Assembly: GCA_026397405.1 (NCBI GenBank)
Contig: JAPLUW010000001.1
Coordinates: 239,825 to 303,824 of the forward strand
Reading direction: 5' to 3'
DNA from: Candidatus Adlerbacteria bacterium
GTDB taxonomy: Bacteria; Patescibacteriota; Minisyncoccia; Phycocordibacterales; SBAW01
DNA length: 64,000 nucleotides
How positions within the stretch are numbered: the stretch's first letter is position 1; each line of letters opens with the position of its first letter. Below are positions 55,559-63,986 of this stretch, in pieces. Both the position numbers and the translations under genes were made by a program. The notes under the pieces are model-generated. The model ran no database searches, was not told where the DNA came from, and saw nothing but the letters and a program-made list of their open reading frames with translations.

Positions 55559-56932
55559 ATGGGAGAGAAGATAATGGCTGAATTGGAACAGTTGGCAAAA
55601 GGCCAAGAGACATCGTTCGATGTGCTCGATGCCCACCTTGGGCAGCCGACGCCCGTCTCGTTCGGACCGATGGTGGTCAATGACACCATTCGGTCCGATA
55701 TGGGGCCGTTCAAGAGCTTGCCCGAATACCGGGTGGTCTATCCGCAAACGGTCGTTCAAGCTCTGGCTGTGCTGGTTGCGGAATACAACGCGGCATTCGC
55801 GCCACTTGTGGCTGCTAACCAGGAAACGGACGCCGACTACAGGCACTGCTTCGTCAATGGGGCGCCGATCAACTTCGGCGTTCAGATCGACATGCCGGCC
55901 TTGCCCGAGGCGTTTCTCGCGCTTGCCGTTAGTATGTCGGTGGAACAGGTTGTCGAGATCTTACGGAGACGAATCTTCGAGATCGAAAACTCGCTGGCGA
56001 TGTACCAGCTGCTTAGGAGGCAATTTGCCAGGGGAGGAATTTCCTTCTTTGAAAGTCGCTTCGCCGACTTCATGGACACTCTTCGGCGACATACCGGCAA
56101 GCCAGTTGCTCTGCTGGCTGTCACCGACCAGAAGTACGAGGCGATGCGTAGCTCGGAATTCGGGAAGTCTCTACACGACAAGCTTCCCAAGGAAGAGTTG
56201 CTCGATATATCAGGGTTTGACGCGATGTTCAGCCCTGACGGCTTTTCCCGGCATCTTAGGCAAAACGGCGGGGAAAGTGCATACGCGCTGTATGCACGTA
56301 CGTCCGACCCTGTTGCGGTCTTGAGGGATCCCACGGTTCGTGTGGGACATGAACTTCTTGGCAACAATGAGGTTCGGCACAAGGTGCGGCGGGATGCACT
56401 GACCTTCAATGTTGATACGCCGACTGCAGAACCCTGGCATCGGCTGAATGACACCAAGATGTACATGCCCGCTATGGGTATGGGCGTCTTGCTCCCAGGT
56501 CACGTCGACCTTACAACGTTCCTGAAACGCAGCGCGACGAAGGAGTATTTCGAAGCGTGTGGGGTCGACCCTGAGGCCGTAATCGGAGGGCAAGCTGCTC
56601 TGCGAGCAAAGCCCGCACTCGGAACGTATGGCTGCTATGGCCATATCCACGGCCGTATCGGTGTGAACAAATTTGAGGGCAACCTTAATCGCGAACGGCA
56701 GCGCAGGGGCTCCTACATCCTGCAACCCGAACTGCCTCTTCTCAAGTTGGTCAATGAGCTCGACGAAGAGGACTCCTACATTGCTATCGACCGGAACTTC
56801 CTCGGTTGGAACGGCAATGGATACGACTTCCTTGGTGGATTCCGGTCACTTATGCCGGACAAAACCATGGAAGCGCGTAAGGGTCGAAATCACGGCAGCA
56901 AAGAGACCCTCTGGGCCGAAGTGGTGACCTAA
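55559..56932 (+). CDS. Hypothetical protein with ATP-grasp-like C-terminal motifs
   Basis: LRAKP-x3-TYGCYG, YILQPELP, IDRNF, RNHG; GC-richer than neighbours; likely start 55574 after GGGAG. Confidence 0.55.
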   Translation: MGEKIMAELEQLAKGQETSFDVLDAHLGQPTPVSFGPMVVNDTIRSDMGPFKSLPEYRVVYPQTVVQALAVLVAEYNAAFAPLVAANQETDADYRHCFVNGAPINFGVQIDMPALPEAFLALAVSMSVEQVVEILRRRIFEIENSLAMYQLLRRQFARGGISFFESRFADFMDTLRRHTGKPVALLAVTDQKYEAMRSSEFGKSLHDKLPKEELLDISGFDAMFSPDGFSRHLRQNGGESAYALYARTSDPVAVLRDPTVRVGHELLGNNEVRHKVRRDALTFNVDTPTAEPWHRLNDTKMYMPAMGMGVLLPGHVDLTTFLKRSATKEYFEACGVDPEAVIGGQAALRAKPALGTYGCYGHIHGRIGVNKFEGNLNRERQRRGSYILQPELPLLKLVNELDEEDSYIAIDRNFLGWNGNGYDFLGGFRSLMPDKTMEARKGRNHGSKETLWAEVVT

Positions 56933-56961
56933 AACCCATTTCGATCGTTTGTACCGGACAT

Positions 56962-57006
56962 TGGTTAGAAGAGGAAACTCTTTCTGCCAATGTCCGGTAT
57001 TTTTTT
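56962..57006 (+). terminator. Intrinsic terminator
   Basis: ACCGGACATTGG...CCAATGTCCGGT followed by ATTTTTTT. Confidence 0.75.
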
Positions 57007-57027
57007 ACCCGCATAGGCAAACATGGT

Positions 57028-58137
57028 ATGAATAGAGACATGAAAGAAGATATTTTAAATTTGGCACAAGAATTTGTGTCTATTCCATCTAACCCGGACA
57101 ATACAGAGGCACTCGCTACTATTTTAAATCTTGCCCTTTCAAAACTTTCTAATTTCACTATTGAGCGTTTTGAACGAAACGGTGCTACAAGCGCACTAGT
57201 ATATGTAGGTCCTGTACGGCCAAAAAAGTTTAAAGTATTGCTTAACGGCCATTTGGACATAATCCCGGGTAAGCCGGAGCAGTACACCCCAGTGGTAAAA
57301 GGTAAACGGTTGTACGGCGTTGGAGTTATGGATATGAAGGCAAACCTCGCCAGTATGTTGTATGCCTTTGCGGAAACTGCACATAAAGTCTCGTACCCAC
57401 TAGGGCTTCAACTCGTTACAGACGAGGAGCTCGGTGGTTTTGACGGAACAAAATATCAAGTCGAACAAGGCGTGAGAGCGGATTTTGTTTTAACCAGCGA
57501 ACCAACTAACTTTGATATTGTGTACAAAGCACGTGGAATTATATGGTTAAAAATCTCCTCTCGTGGCAAAACAGCACACGGGGCATACCCATGGCGCGGA
57601 GAAAATGCCATTTGGACGATGCACGAGTTTCTTGCTGCGTTGAAAAAACAATATCCTATTCCTACTAAAGAAAAATGGGTAACGACGGTCAACGTTGCAA
57701 AAATTGAAACGAACAATCAGTCGCTTAATAAAATTCCTGACGATTGTACTGTTTCTTTAGATATTCGATACATCCCGGAAGATACAAACGTACTACAAAA
57801 AATCAAAAAGCTTTTACCAAAAGGTTTTTCTATGGAAGTACTTACGGACGAGCCAGCGCTTGATACTGATTCCAATAATTCCTACATACAAGCGCTTCAA
57901 GGCGTAAGTTCGAAAATTCTTAAGAAAAAAATTACCAAACGAGGTGCGTTCGGGTCGTCAGACGCAAGACATTTTGGACGATACAAATGTCCTGGTATCG
58001 AATTTGGCCCAATAGGGGAGGGTATCGGTAGCGACAATGAGTGGGTAGATATCCCAAGTTTAGAAAAATTTAATACTATACTCACAACGTTCCTTTTGGA
58101 ATTAGATATATCATCTGTTCCAGTAAAAAAGCGCTAA
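57028..58137 (+). CDS. M20 family peptidase (ArgE/DapE-like)
   Basis: LNGHLDIIP, LYGVGVMDMK, DEELGG, TSEPT, AHGAYPW, SSDARHF. Confidence 0.9.
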   Translation: MNRDMKEDILNLAQEFVSIPSNPDNTEALATILNLALSKLSNFTIERFERNGATSALVYVGPVRPKKFKVLLNGHLDIIPGKPEQYTPVVKGKRLYGVGVMDMKANLASMLYAFAETAHKVSYPLGLQLVTDEELGGFDGTKYQVEQGVRADFVLTSEPTNFDIVYKARGIIWLKISSRGKTAHGAYPWRGENAIWTMHEFLAALKKQYPIPTKEKWVTTVNVAKIETNNQSLNKIPDDCTVSLDIRYIPEDTNVLQKIKKLLPKGFSMEVLTDEPALDTDSNNSYIQALQGVSSKILKKKITKRGAFGSSDARHFGRYKCPGIEFGPIGEGIGSDNEWVDIPSLEKFNTILTTFLLELDISSVPVKKR

Positions 58138-59282
58138 TGTGCCAGGGCGTTAACTAATTTTTGGCGCAAAATGGGGGCGATGGTGCTGGCAAAGTGGTCG
58201 GCTTTTTGTTGCATGTTGCCTGTAAGGAGCGCGACAACTCCTCCCATGCCTGCTGTGGCAAGGCTCTGGTTAATGTGGCTCAGGGTTATGCCACGCAGGT
58301 CGCGTGTGGCAGTAGTGTCGCCAAGTGTTGCCGTCGCCACTATTGCCTGCAGTGCGCCGTCGTGTGTGCGGACAATAGCCCCGCCAGAGGAGCCCGCCTG
58401 TGCAACAACACTGCCGCCGACAGACACAACGTCGGGGAGCCCGCGGCTGTCGAAGGCAAAAATATCTTGCACGGTAGTAAAGGCGCTCGACGCATACAAA
58501 TTCATTTCAATAGTAATGCCTTCCAAAAAACCAGCGGGGTAGGCGGCAAGTAGCACTGGCTCTTGCCTCTGCGGTTCGTCGAGCGTGACAGGGATGGTGG
58601 GGAAGTGTGCGGGGAGTGTGGCAGCCGGGTCGGTGCGCGAGGTTATGAGTAAAAATGCGTAGTCGTTTTCGCCCGTGCCAACAGCTTCGTCTGACGTTAT
58701 TTGCTTTGCGTTTGCATCGACCCACGCAGGCGGTAGGTACAGCAGTGTCGCCTGATATTTACGCGCGGCAGGGCTGCCAGTGCGCACGACGCAGTCGATA
58801 TTGCCCGGTACTATGTAGTCGCGGAGCAAAAAGTATTGGCCCACGTGTGCGTTGGTTACAATAACGCCGCTGTCGCTGACAATAACCCCGCTACCAGAAA
58901 TCGGGTGGAAGTAGCCGCCGCTTTTTGTTGTGCAGAGGATGTTAACAAGCGCAGCACGCGTCCCGTCATTTACAACGCCTGGGGGCACTGTTGGTGCAGG
59001 AGGAGGTGGTGGAGTAGGCAAAGACACTGTCTCTGCGTCGATCTTCGGCTCCGCAACCGACAGTGTCTTTGCCTTAGTAGTTTTTACTGGCAGCAGTTTT
59101 TGAGCAGTGGTGCTTGTCGCAACTGGTTTGCTTTGTGTGGCTACTACTGCCCCTGTAGATGTTGCTACAGGTAGCGGGGAAGCCGTTACGGGCGCGTGTG
59201 CAGTGACAGCCCCAAAAAGTGAGTGGAAGGTGATAAATACACTTGCAATAATGTTAGAGAAAAAGGAAAGAAGCGCAGACAT
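58134..59282 (-). CDS. Membrane-anchored trypsin-like serine protease
   Basis: GSGVIV, TNAHV (His), DYAFL (Asp), GSSGG (Ser); Pro/Thr linker. Confidence 0.85.
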   Translation of the reverse strand: MSALLSFFSNIIASVFITFHSLFGAVTAHAPVTASPLPVATSTGAVVATQSKPVATSTTAQKLLPVKTTKAKTLSVAEPKIDAETVSLPTPPPPPAPTVPPGVVNDGTRAALVNILCTTKSGGYFHPISGSGVIVSDSGVIVTNAHVGQYFLLRDYIVPGNIDCVVRTGSPAARKYQATLLYLPPAWVDANAKQITSDEAVGTGENDYAFLLITSRTDPAATLPAHFPTIPVTLDEPQRQEPVLLAAYPAGFLEGITIEMNLYASSAFTTVQDIFAFDSRGLPDVVSVGGSVVAQAGSSGGAIVRTHDGALQAIVATATLGDTTATRDLRGITLSHINQSLATAGMGGVVALLTGNMQQKADHFASTIAPILRQKLVNALAH

Positions 59283-59311
59283 GTACTAAAGTATACCAAT
59301 TTGGACTTTTG

Positions 59312-59382
59312 TGCGGGATGGGAGAATCGAACTCCCGCCATCAGTTTGGAAAACTGATGTTCTACCATTAAACTAATCCCGC
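59312..59382 (-). tRNA. tRNA-Gly(UCC)
   Basis: Reverse complement GCGGGAT...ATCCCGC-A, anticodon loop TTTCCAA, GTTCGATTC. Confidence 0.95.
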
Positions 59383-59555
59383 TTTTCTATATAAATCTTA
59401 TCCTACAACGCCTTTTGCTTTTCAGCTAGCAATTTGTTCGAGCTATGTTTAGCGCATTGATATGGTCAAAACCGTGAAAATGTAAGAAAAAAAGACATTT
59501 TTCACGATTATAGTTGATAAAACCGTGAAAAAAGCATCTGCTGGTGTAGCTGGCA

Positions 59556-59571
59556 ATTCTCCCATCCCGCA
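59556..59571 (+). repeat. Inverted copy of the tRNA-Gly(UCC) 3' end
   Basis: ATTCTCCCATCCCGCA is identical to the last 16 nt of the tRNA but on the opposite strand. Confidence 0.7.
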
Positions 59572-59620
59572 TATGAATGATTTCACTTGACCTTCACTTG
59601 GTTGGGTATATACTATATCT

Positions 59621-59674
59621 ACATTCGGCATTTGGCCGCGACCCCCGCCCGCAAGGGCGGGGGAACATGTTTTT
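59621..59674 (+). ncRNA. Candidate small two-hairpin RNA convergent on pemK
   Basis: TTGACC...TATACT/TACTAT promoter at 59587-59616; CGGC-ATTTG-GCCG then CCCCCGCCC-GCAA-GGGCGGGGG and TGTTTTT. Confidence 0.4.
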
Positions 59675-60059
59675 ATAGGTACAATTTCTGAAATCCTTCT
59701 TTTACTTTTGCAAAATTATCGGTATCGATCTGTCCCAACTTTGAATGTAGGCGCCGGTAGTCGATAGTACGTATCTGATTAAGACAGATGTATTCATCTT
59801 GTTCGCCAAATTGGACATGTACGTACCAGCTCCCGTCTCGTTTTTGAGTAGTAGTTGGAGCGATAAGATAAAATCCGTGTGCTAACTTTTTGATAATTAA
59901 TACAGGTCGTGAAAAACGTTCGCTTTTCCCGTTCATTTCCGAACCCACATTTTCGCCAAGGCTTGCCCACCACAAATCTCTTTCTGAAACAAACGGAGCG
60001 CGATGTTCATTATTGTGGAGTTTTTCTTTGAGCCCTATCCACTCAAAAAACCGTTTCAT
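59673..60059 (-). CDS. PemK/MazF family toxin without adjacent protein antitoxin
   Basis: DLWWASLGENVGSEMNGK...RPVLII, APTTT, LNQIRTIDYRRL...LGQI. Confidence 0.85.
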   Translation of the reverse strand: MKRFFEWIGLKEKLHNNEHRAPFVSERDLWWASLGENVGSEMNGKSERFSRPVLIIKKLAHGFYLIAPTTTQKRDGSWYVHVQFGEQDEYICLNQIRTIDYRRLHSKLGQIDTDNFAKVKEGFQKLYL

Positions 60060-60099
60060 ATAAAATTATTGTAGCACCCTGCTAATCCGCACCAGAGTT

Positions 60100-61533
60100 T
60101 TAAAATGTTGGATAGAGAACAAACGAAGGCTGGTAGTTAATTGCCTGAATATACGGCTTGCCTGTGTAGACGGCATGAACTTTTGCCATTGCAAATGTTT
60201 CTTTATACAAAAGATTGGAATGTAGCCACCCGTGCGACGCAACGTTGATAAGAATTGTGACACCTGCGTTAGACGCTTCTTTATATCCAAAAGGAGCAAA
60301 AACTTCTGAACACGCAAAAACAGCAAGGTTGGCAGATTTCCACGTAAATGTGCGAGAAGAAAAAGACTCCTCCGAAGGGACATATTCTTTATTCGCGACA
60401 ATGTCACGGATCTCTTTTCCAAATCCAAGAGATTTCAGAATAAAAATAAGTGATTGAGGGAGATATTCGCCAAATGGCATAAGGTAGTGTTTCTCCTGGC
60501 GAGCAACCACAGTGCCACTTGTTCCGTCAAAAAATACTATAGTTCCTTGTCCGCCTGGTGTTGCTTCAGAGTCGACAAGAAGAGTATTAGTTTTTTTCAA
60601 CCCTTCTAACAATGTAGTACGGAGAGCGGGTGGAAGTAACATCTGGTTTCTAAGGAAGTGGAAATATTCTGGGAGGATAATAATATCGGGTTTTTGCTCT
60701 AAAGCTGTATTTATTTTACTTGCGAGAGATTTTTCACTGGCGAGAAGTTGTGCCTGAGTGTAATAAAGACTTGGATCGAGATGTGTAGAAATAGGCACAA
60801 TCCGGAGCCCATCAACCACTACCACCTTCGGATCGATCTCGACTTTTAAGGGGTTTGGGAGCCCAAACCCTACGGCAAATATGCATATGTATATGCCAAC
60901 AAAACTGTACGAGCGGGCTCTAGAAGATATTTTTGTGTGAGTTGCGGCTATATATAGGAAAGTGCCCAAAGTTGCCGCAAGCCAGCTCAAGGCATATACA
61001 CCACCTACCTGTGCAAACCACAAAAGGCCTGGCGACGCTGCAAAGGTGTAGCCAATAAAACCAAAAGAGAAGTCAGTTCCAAATGTAGACCCCGACCCCC
61101 ACATAACAAGAGAAAAGAGTGCGGCTCGCATAAGTTCGCCGGCTATCCACAAAAAAGGGGCGATACACAAAATCCAAAAAGTTTTTATGTAGGTGCGAAC
61201 CTGCAGCGCAAAAAGGCCGACCGTGGCTGCGAGTACGAGTGCGGACAAAAACCATACTCCAAATACAGCACAAACAGAAAATACTTGGTTATATATACCC
61301 ATTCGATCGAGAGGAAGCAGGGTTAGCACCCAACCTAAGGAAGAACCAATTATACAAAACCCAAAAATTGTCCCTAGGGTAAATGACTCACGTGCAGTGG
61401 AACGAGAGAGTATATATAAAAATAACGCAAACGCCGCTGGTACCACTGGCCACCCATAGGGAAAGTAAAAACTTAATCCAATGAAGGAGCCTGCAATTGC
61501 AGCAAGAAGAAGACGAAGTAGAAAAGTTTTCAT
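60100..61533 (-). CDS. lnt: Apolipoprotein N-acyltransferase
   Basis: Multi-TM N-domain, GGVYALS; nitrilase-type triad ILPE, KHYLMPFGEYLP, ACSE; start at MKTFLLR. Confidence 0.85.
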   Translation of the reverse strand: MKTFLLRLLLAAIAGSFIGLSFYFPYGWPVVPAAFALFLYILSRSTARESFTLGTIFGFCIIGSSLGWVLTLLPLDRMGIYNQVFSVCAVFGVWFLSALVLAATVGLFALQVRTYIKTFWILCIAPFLWIAGELMRAALFSLVMWGSGSTFGTDFSFGFIGYTFAASPGLLWFAQVGGVYALSWLAATLGTFLYIAATHTKISSRARSYSFVGIYICIFAVGFGLPNPLKVEIDPKVVVVDGLRIVPISTHLDPSLYYTQAQLLASEKSLASKINTALEQKPDIIILPEYFHFLRNQMLLPPALRTTLLEGLKKTNTLLVDSEATPGGQGTIVFFDGTSGTVVARQEKHYLMPFGEYLPQSLIFILKSLGFGKEIRDIVANKEYVPSEESFSSRTFTWKSANLAVFACSEVFAPFGYKEASNAGVTILINVASHGWLHSNLLYKETFAMAKVHAVYTGKPYIQAINYQPSFVLYPTF

Positions 61534-61720
61534 CTGATAGTTTGTATGGAATACGATAGCAGATAATTCTAGGGCGAGAGAAAATTCAAAATATTTTTTA
61601 TTTTCGAAGCCTTCGAGGGCTGTCAACAGCAGTATATTGACAAAAATGCTAAAAACTGAATAATGATAGGTACTGTCCGGGATGTCCCTGGGCTTCGGAT
61701 ACTCCGAAAGGGAGAAGATC

Positions 61721-62239
61721 ATGTACCTCAAGAACCGCCTTTGTGTCCTTCTGGCCCTCGTGAGTGCGTTCCTCGTGAGCCCGATCATTGCGCAGGCGCA
61801 GCCCCCCGTGCAACAGGCTGCTGTCCCCGACAGCGCGCCGGCATCGATACTTCCAGCGGCTCCTGGCCTTGCTCTGGCACAGGTCCAGCAGCAGTGCCTG
61901 GCGTTCTTTGGCAAGAAGGTCACCTACACTGGCAGGACCCCCGAAGACGGCAAGGACTATACGCTCGTTCTCAGTTCCGAAGGGGAGATGCTCGTGCGAT
62001 ACGACCGTCCTGTGTGCAAGGTCGCATACGAATGGCGGAACGCTAGGCAAGAAGGTCGAAATGTCACCGTCGTCTTCGACGGGCGGGCTATCCTGGATGT
62101 CTGGCCCAAGGAGCCTGCTCTGGGCATGACGATGGTCATGAGCAACGACGGGAGCAGCCTGGTCTTTCTCAGGCGATTCGCCGACTACTACGGCAACAAG
62201 AAGATAGGCACTCAGTCGGGGACCTTCCTGCGGAAGTAG
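61721..62239 (+). CDS. ORFan secreted protein
   Basis: GGGAG SD, signal peptide ending AQA, C/G-ending codons, TTGACA at 61637, terminator GGGTCGC-ATTAC-GCGACCC-TTTT. Confidence 0.7.
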   Translation: MYLKNRLCVLLALVSAFLVSPIIAQAQPPVQQAAVPDSAPASILPAAPGLALAQVQQQCLAFFGKKVTYTGRTPEDGKDYTLVLSSEGEMLVRYDRPVCKVAYEWRNARQEGRNVTVVFDGRAILDVWPKEPALGMTMVMSNDGSSLVFLRRFADYYGNKKIGTQSGTFLRK

Positions 62240-62301
62240 TCCTCGAAACGAGAAGTCAGCAACGTTCAGAGGGGTCGCATTACGCGACCCTTTTTCTTTT
62301 T

Positions 62302-63588
62302 TTACCAACCGAGGATTGTGAGTAATCCTGAAGCGGATTTACTTTCTTTAGCAGTAAGGTTTTTTAGAGCAGCGACTTCTTGCGCAGAGCGAATATTTTT
62401 ATATGCACGCAGGAAGCTAAAGAATCTATTTTGAGGCTCTTCTGCGTATAGTTTTACTATTGGCGCAAACAAGTCTTTAACAAGAATCGTTGCAGCTGCT
62501 TCAGACACGTGAGGATCTTTTTTACTTACAGCAAACGCAGTTGTCAGGGCAAGAGAAACACGTAAGCCGTTCGCGTTAAAAGACCCTAGTTCAGATGTTG
62601 TACTTGCGTTTGCATATAGCTTTTCAATATAGGTAATGGCATTAAGGGTTGTATTGCGTACAAGGTCGAAAGGGACAGTATCTTGTACTGCAAAGTCTTT
62701 TCCCGCGATATGATTTTGTTGCCAAAAATATATTAAACCGAAGTTCCATGACTTTTTGACCGAATATATACTTGTGAAGTACCTACTTTTTATAAGTAAC
62801 TTATATTCCGGGATTATATCGAGACCGTCGGGTGAGCTTGTGCGGAAGAGCTCGGTTACTTTATTTTTGTATGTCCTAAAAGCAGGATCATTGTTTAAAG
62901 TGCCTGAATTGAGAAATGAGAACAGTGCCATGGTTTGGGTCATGTCTTGCTTAAGTCCGTCAGAATACGATGGGTTACGGGCAATTATTGTGTAGAGCTC
63001 TTCTAGTTGCCTACCAACAAAATACAGTATTACATCTTGTTTTGTTGATGCAGAATTTGTGTCAAGACCATATTCCGCAAGTGTCTTTTGGTATGAAGTT
63101 GCAAGAGCTGCAATTGCAGAATTATTTGGCAGTACATAGGTAGTAAATGCATCTGTTCCAACACCGACGCGGCGTAGTTTTTCGGCCAAGACAACCCACG
63201 CAAGTACATCAGCCACGCTCGGGTTTTTGTTGTCTAGGGTGAGTACCTTAGCGATGTTTACAAGCCCTGCAGCGTCGGAGGCATTAACTTCTTGGAGTGT
63301 GCGTGTGTCTTTGTTTGGATCAATTGAAGGGCTTAAAAATGGCTCGTCTGCAACAAACAAGTTCGCTAACACCCAGTTGTCGCGCCCTACTATTGCTGGG
63401 TCGCTGCTCGCGATTGCATGTAACTGCACACTTTGATTAGTTGCTATGAGTTTTTGTATGTCGGCCGCACCAAGTTTAGATGAAGGGAGTAAAACATGTG
63501 CATAGTAGTATCCTCCTATGGCAGCAACAATAATCAGTAAAGTGCTAATAATGAAGAAAATTTTCTTTTTTGAAGTAGTGTTAGGCAT
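62302..63588 (-). CDS. Membrane-anchored hypothetical protein
   Basis: 428-aa ORF, basic N-terminus then TM, helical ectodomain. Confidence 0.7.
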   Translation of the reverse strand: MPNTTSKKKIFFIISTLLIIVAAIGGYYYAHVLLPSSKLGAADIQKLIATNQSVQLHAIASSDPAIVGRDNWVLANLFVADEPFLSPSIDPNKDTRTLQEVNASDAAGLVNIAKVLTLDNKNPSVADVLAWVVLAEKLRRVGVGTDAFTTYVLPNNSAIAALATSYQKTLAEYGLDTNSASTKQDVILYFVGRQLEELYTIIARNPSYSDGLKQDMTQTMALFSFLNSGTLNNDPAFRTYKNKVTELFRTSSPDGLDIIPEYKLLIKSRYFTSIYSVKKSWNFGLIYFWQQNHIAGKDFAVQDTVPFDLVRNTTLNAITYIEKLYANASTTSELGSFNANGLRVSLALTTAFAVSKKDPHVSEAAATILVKDLFAPIVKLYAEEPQNRFFSFLRAYKNIRSAQEVAALKNLTAKESKSASGLLTILGW

Positions 63589-63596
63589 GATTTATA

Positions 63597-63986
63597 TCAT
63601 GAACCACCAGAGCTGCCACCCCCACCACTTCCAGAGGTACCATCAGAAGAAGCATTGCCAGCGCCAGCACCAACACCCGCATCGGAAGAAGTAGAGGCGG
63701 CAGCAGCACCAGGACCGCCGTCAGTACCTTCACCGTTACCACAAGAACCACATGCCGTACCGCCGCCAGCAGAGCCTGAAGAACCGTTCTGCGCTGGGTC
63801 AGAAGGGCTTCCTCCGCCAGCTCCACCTGCAGGAGCATCTGCACTCGCTATAGGAGTTGAAAAAATTTCAATAAGCGAACCTTGTTTTGTGTGGACCGCG
63901 AAACCTAAGAAGAGAGCAAGTTGTGTAAGAAGCAACATGCTTTTTCCAAAAAGATGTGCTGTTTTTCTGCGAGCTTTTTGTACCAT
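63597..63986 (-). CDS. Small Gly/Ser/Ala-rich exported protein with CGSC motif
   Basis: Hydrophobic N-region, ASA-DAP cleavage-like site, low-complexity tail. Confidence 0.6.
   Translation of the reverse strand: MVQKARRKTAHLFGKSMLLLTQLALFLGFAVHTKQGSLIEIFSTPIASADAPAGGAGGGSPSDPAQNGSSGSAGGGTACGSCGNGEGTDGGPGAAAASTSSDAGVGAGAGNASSDGTSGSGGGGSSGGS

Noticed and set aside
61534-61923. 130-aa N-terminal extension of Lnt
   Set aside because: It is antisense to the 61721-62239 gene and crosses divergent promoters.
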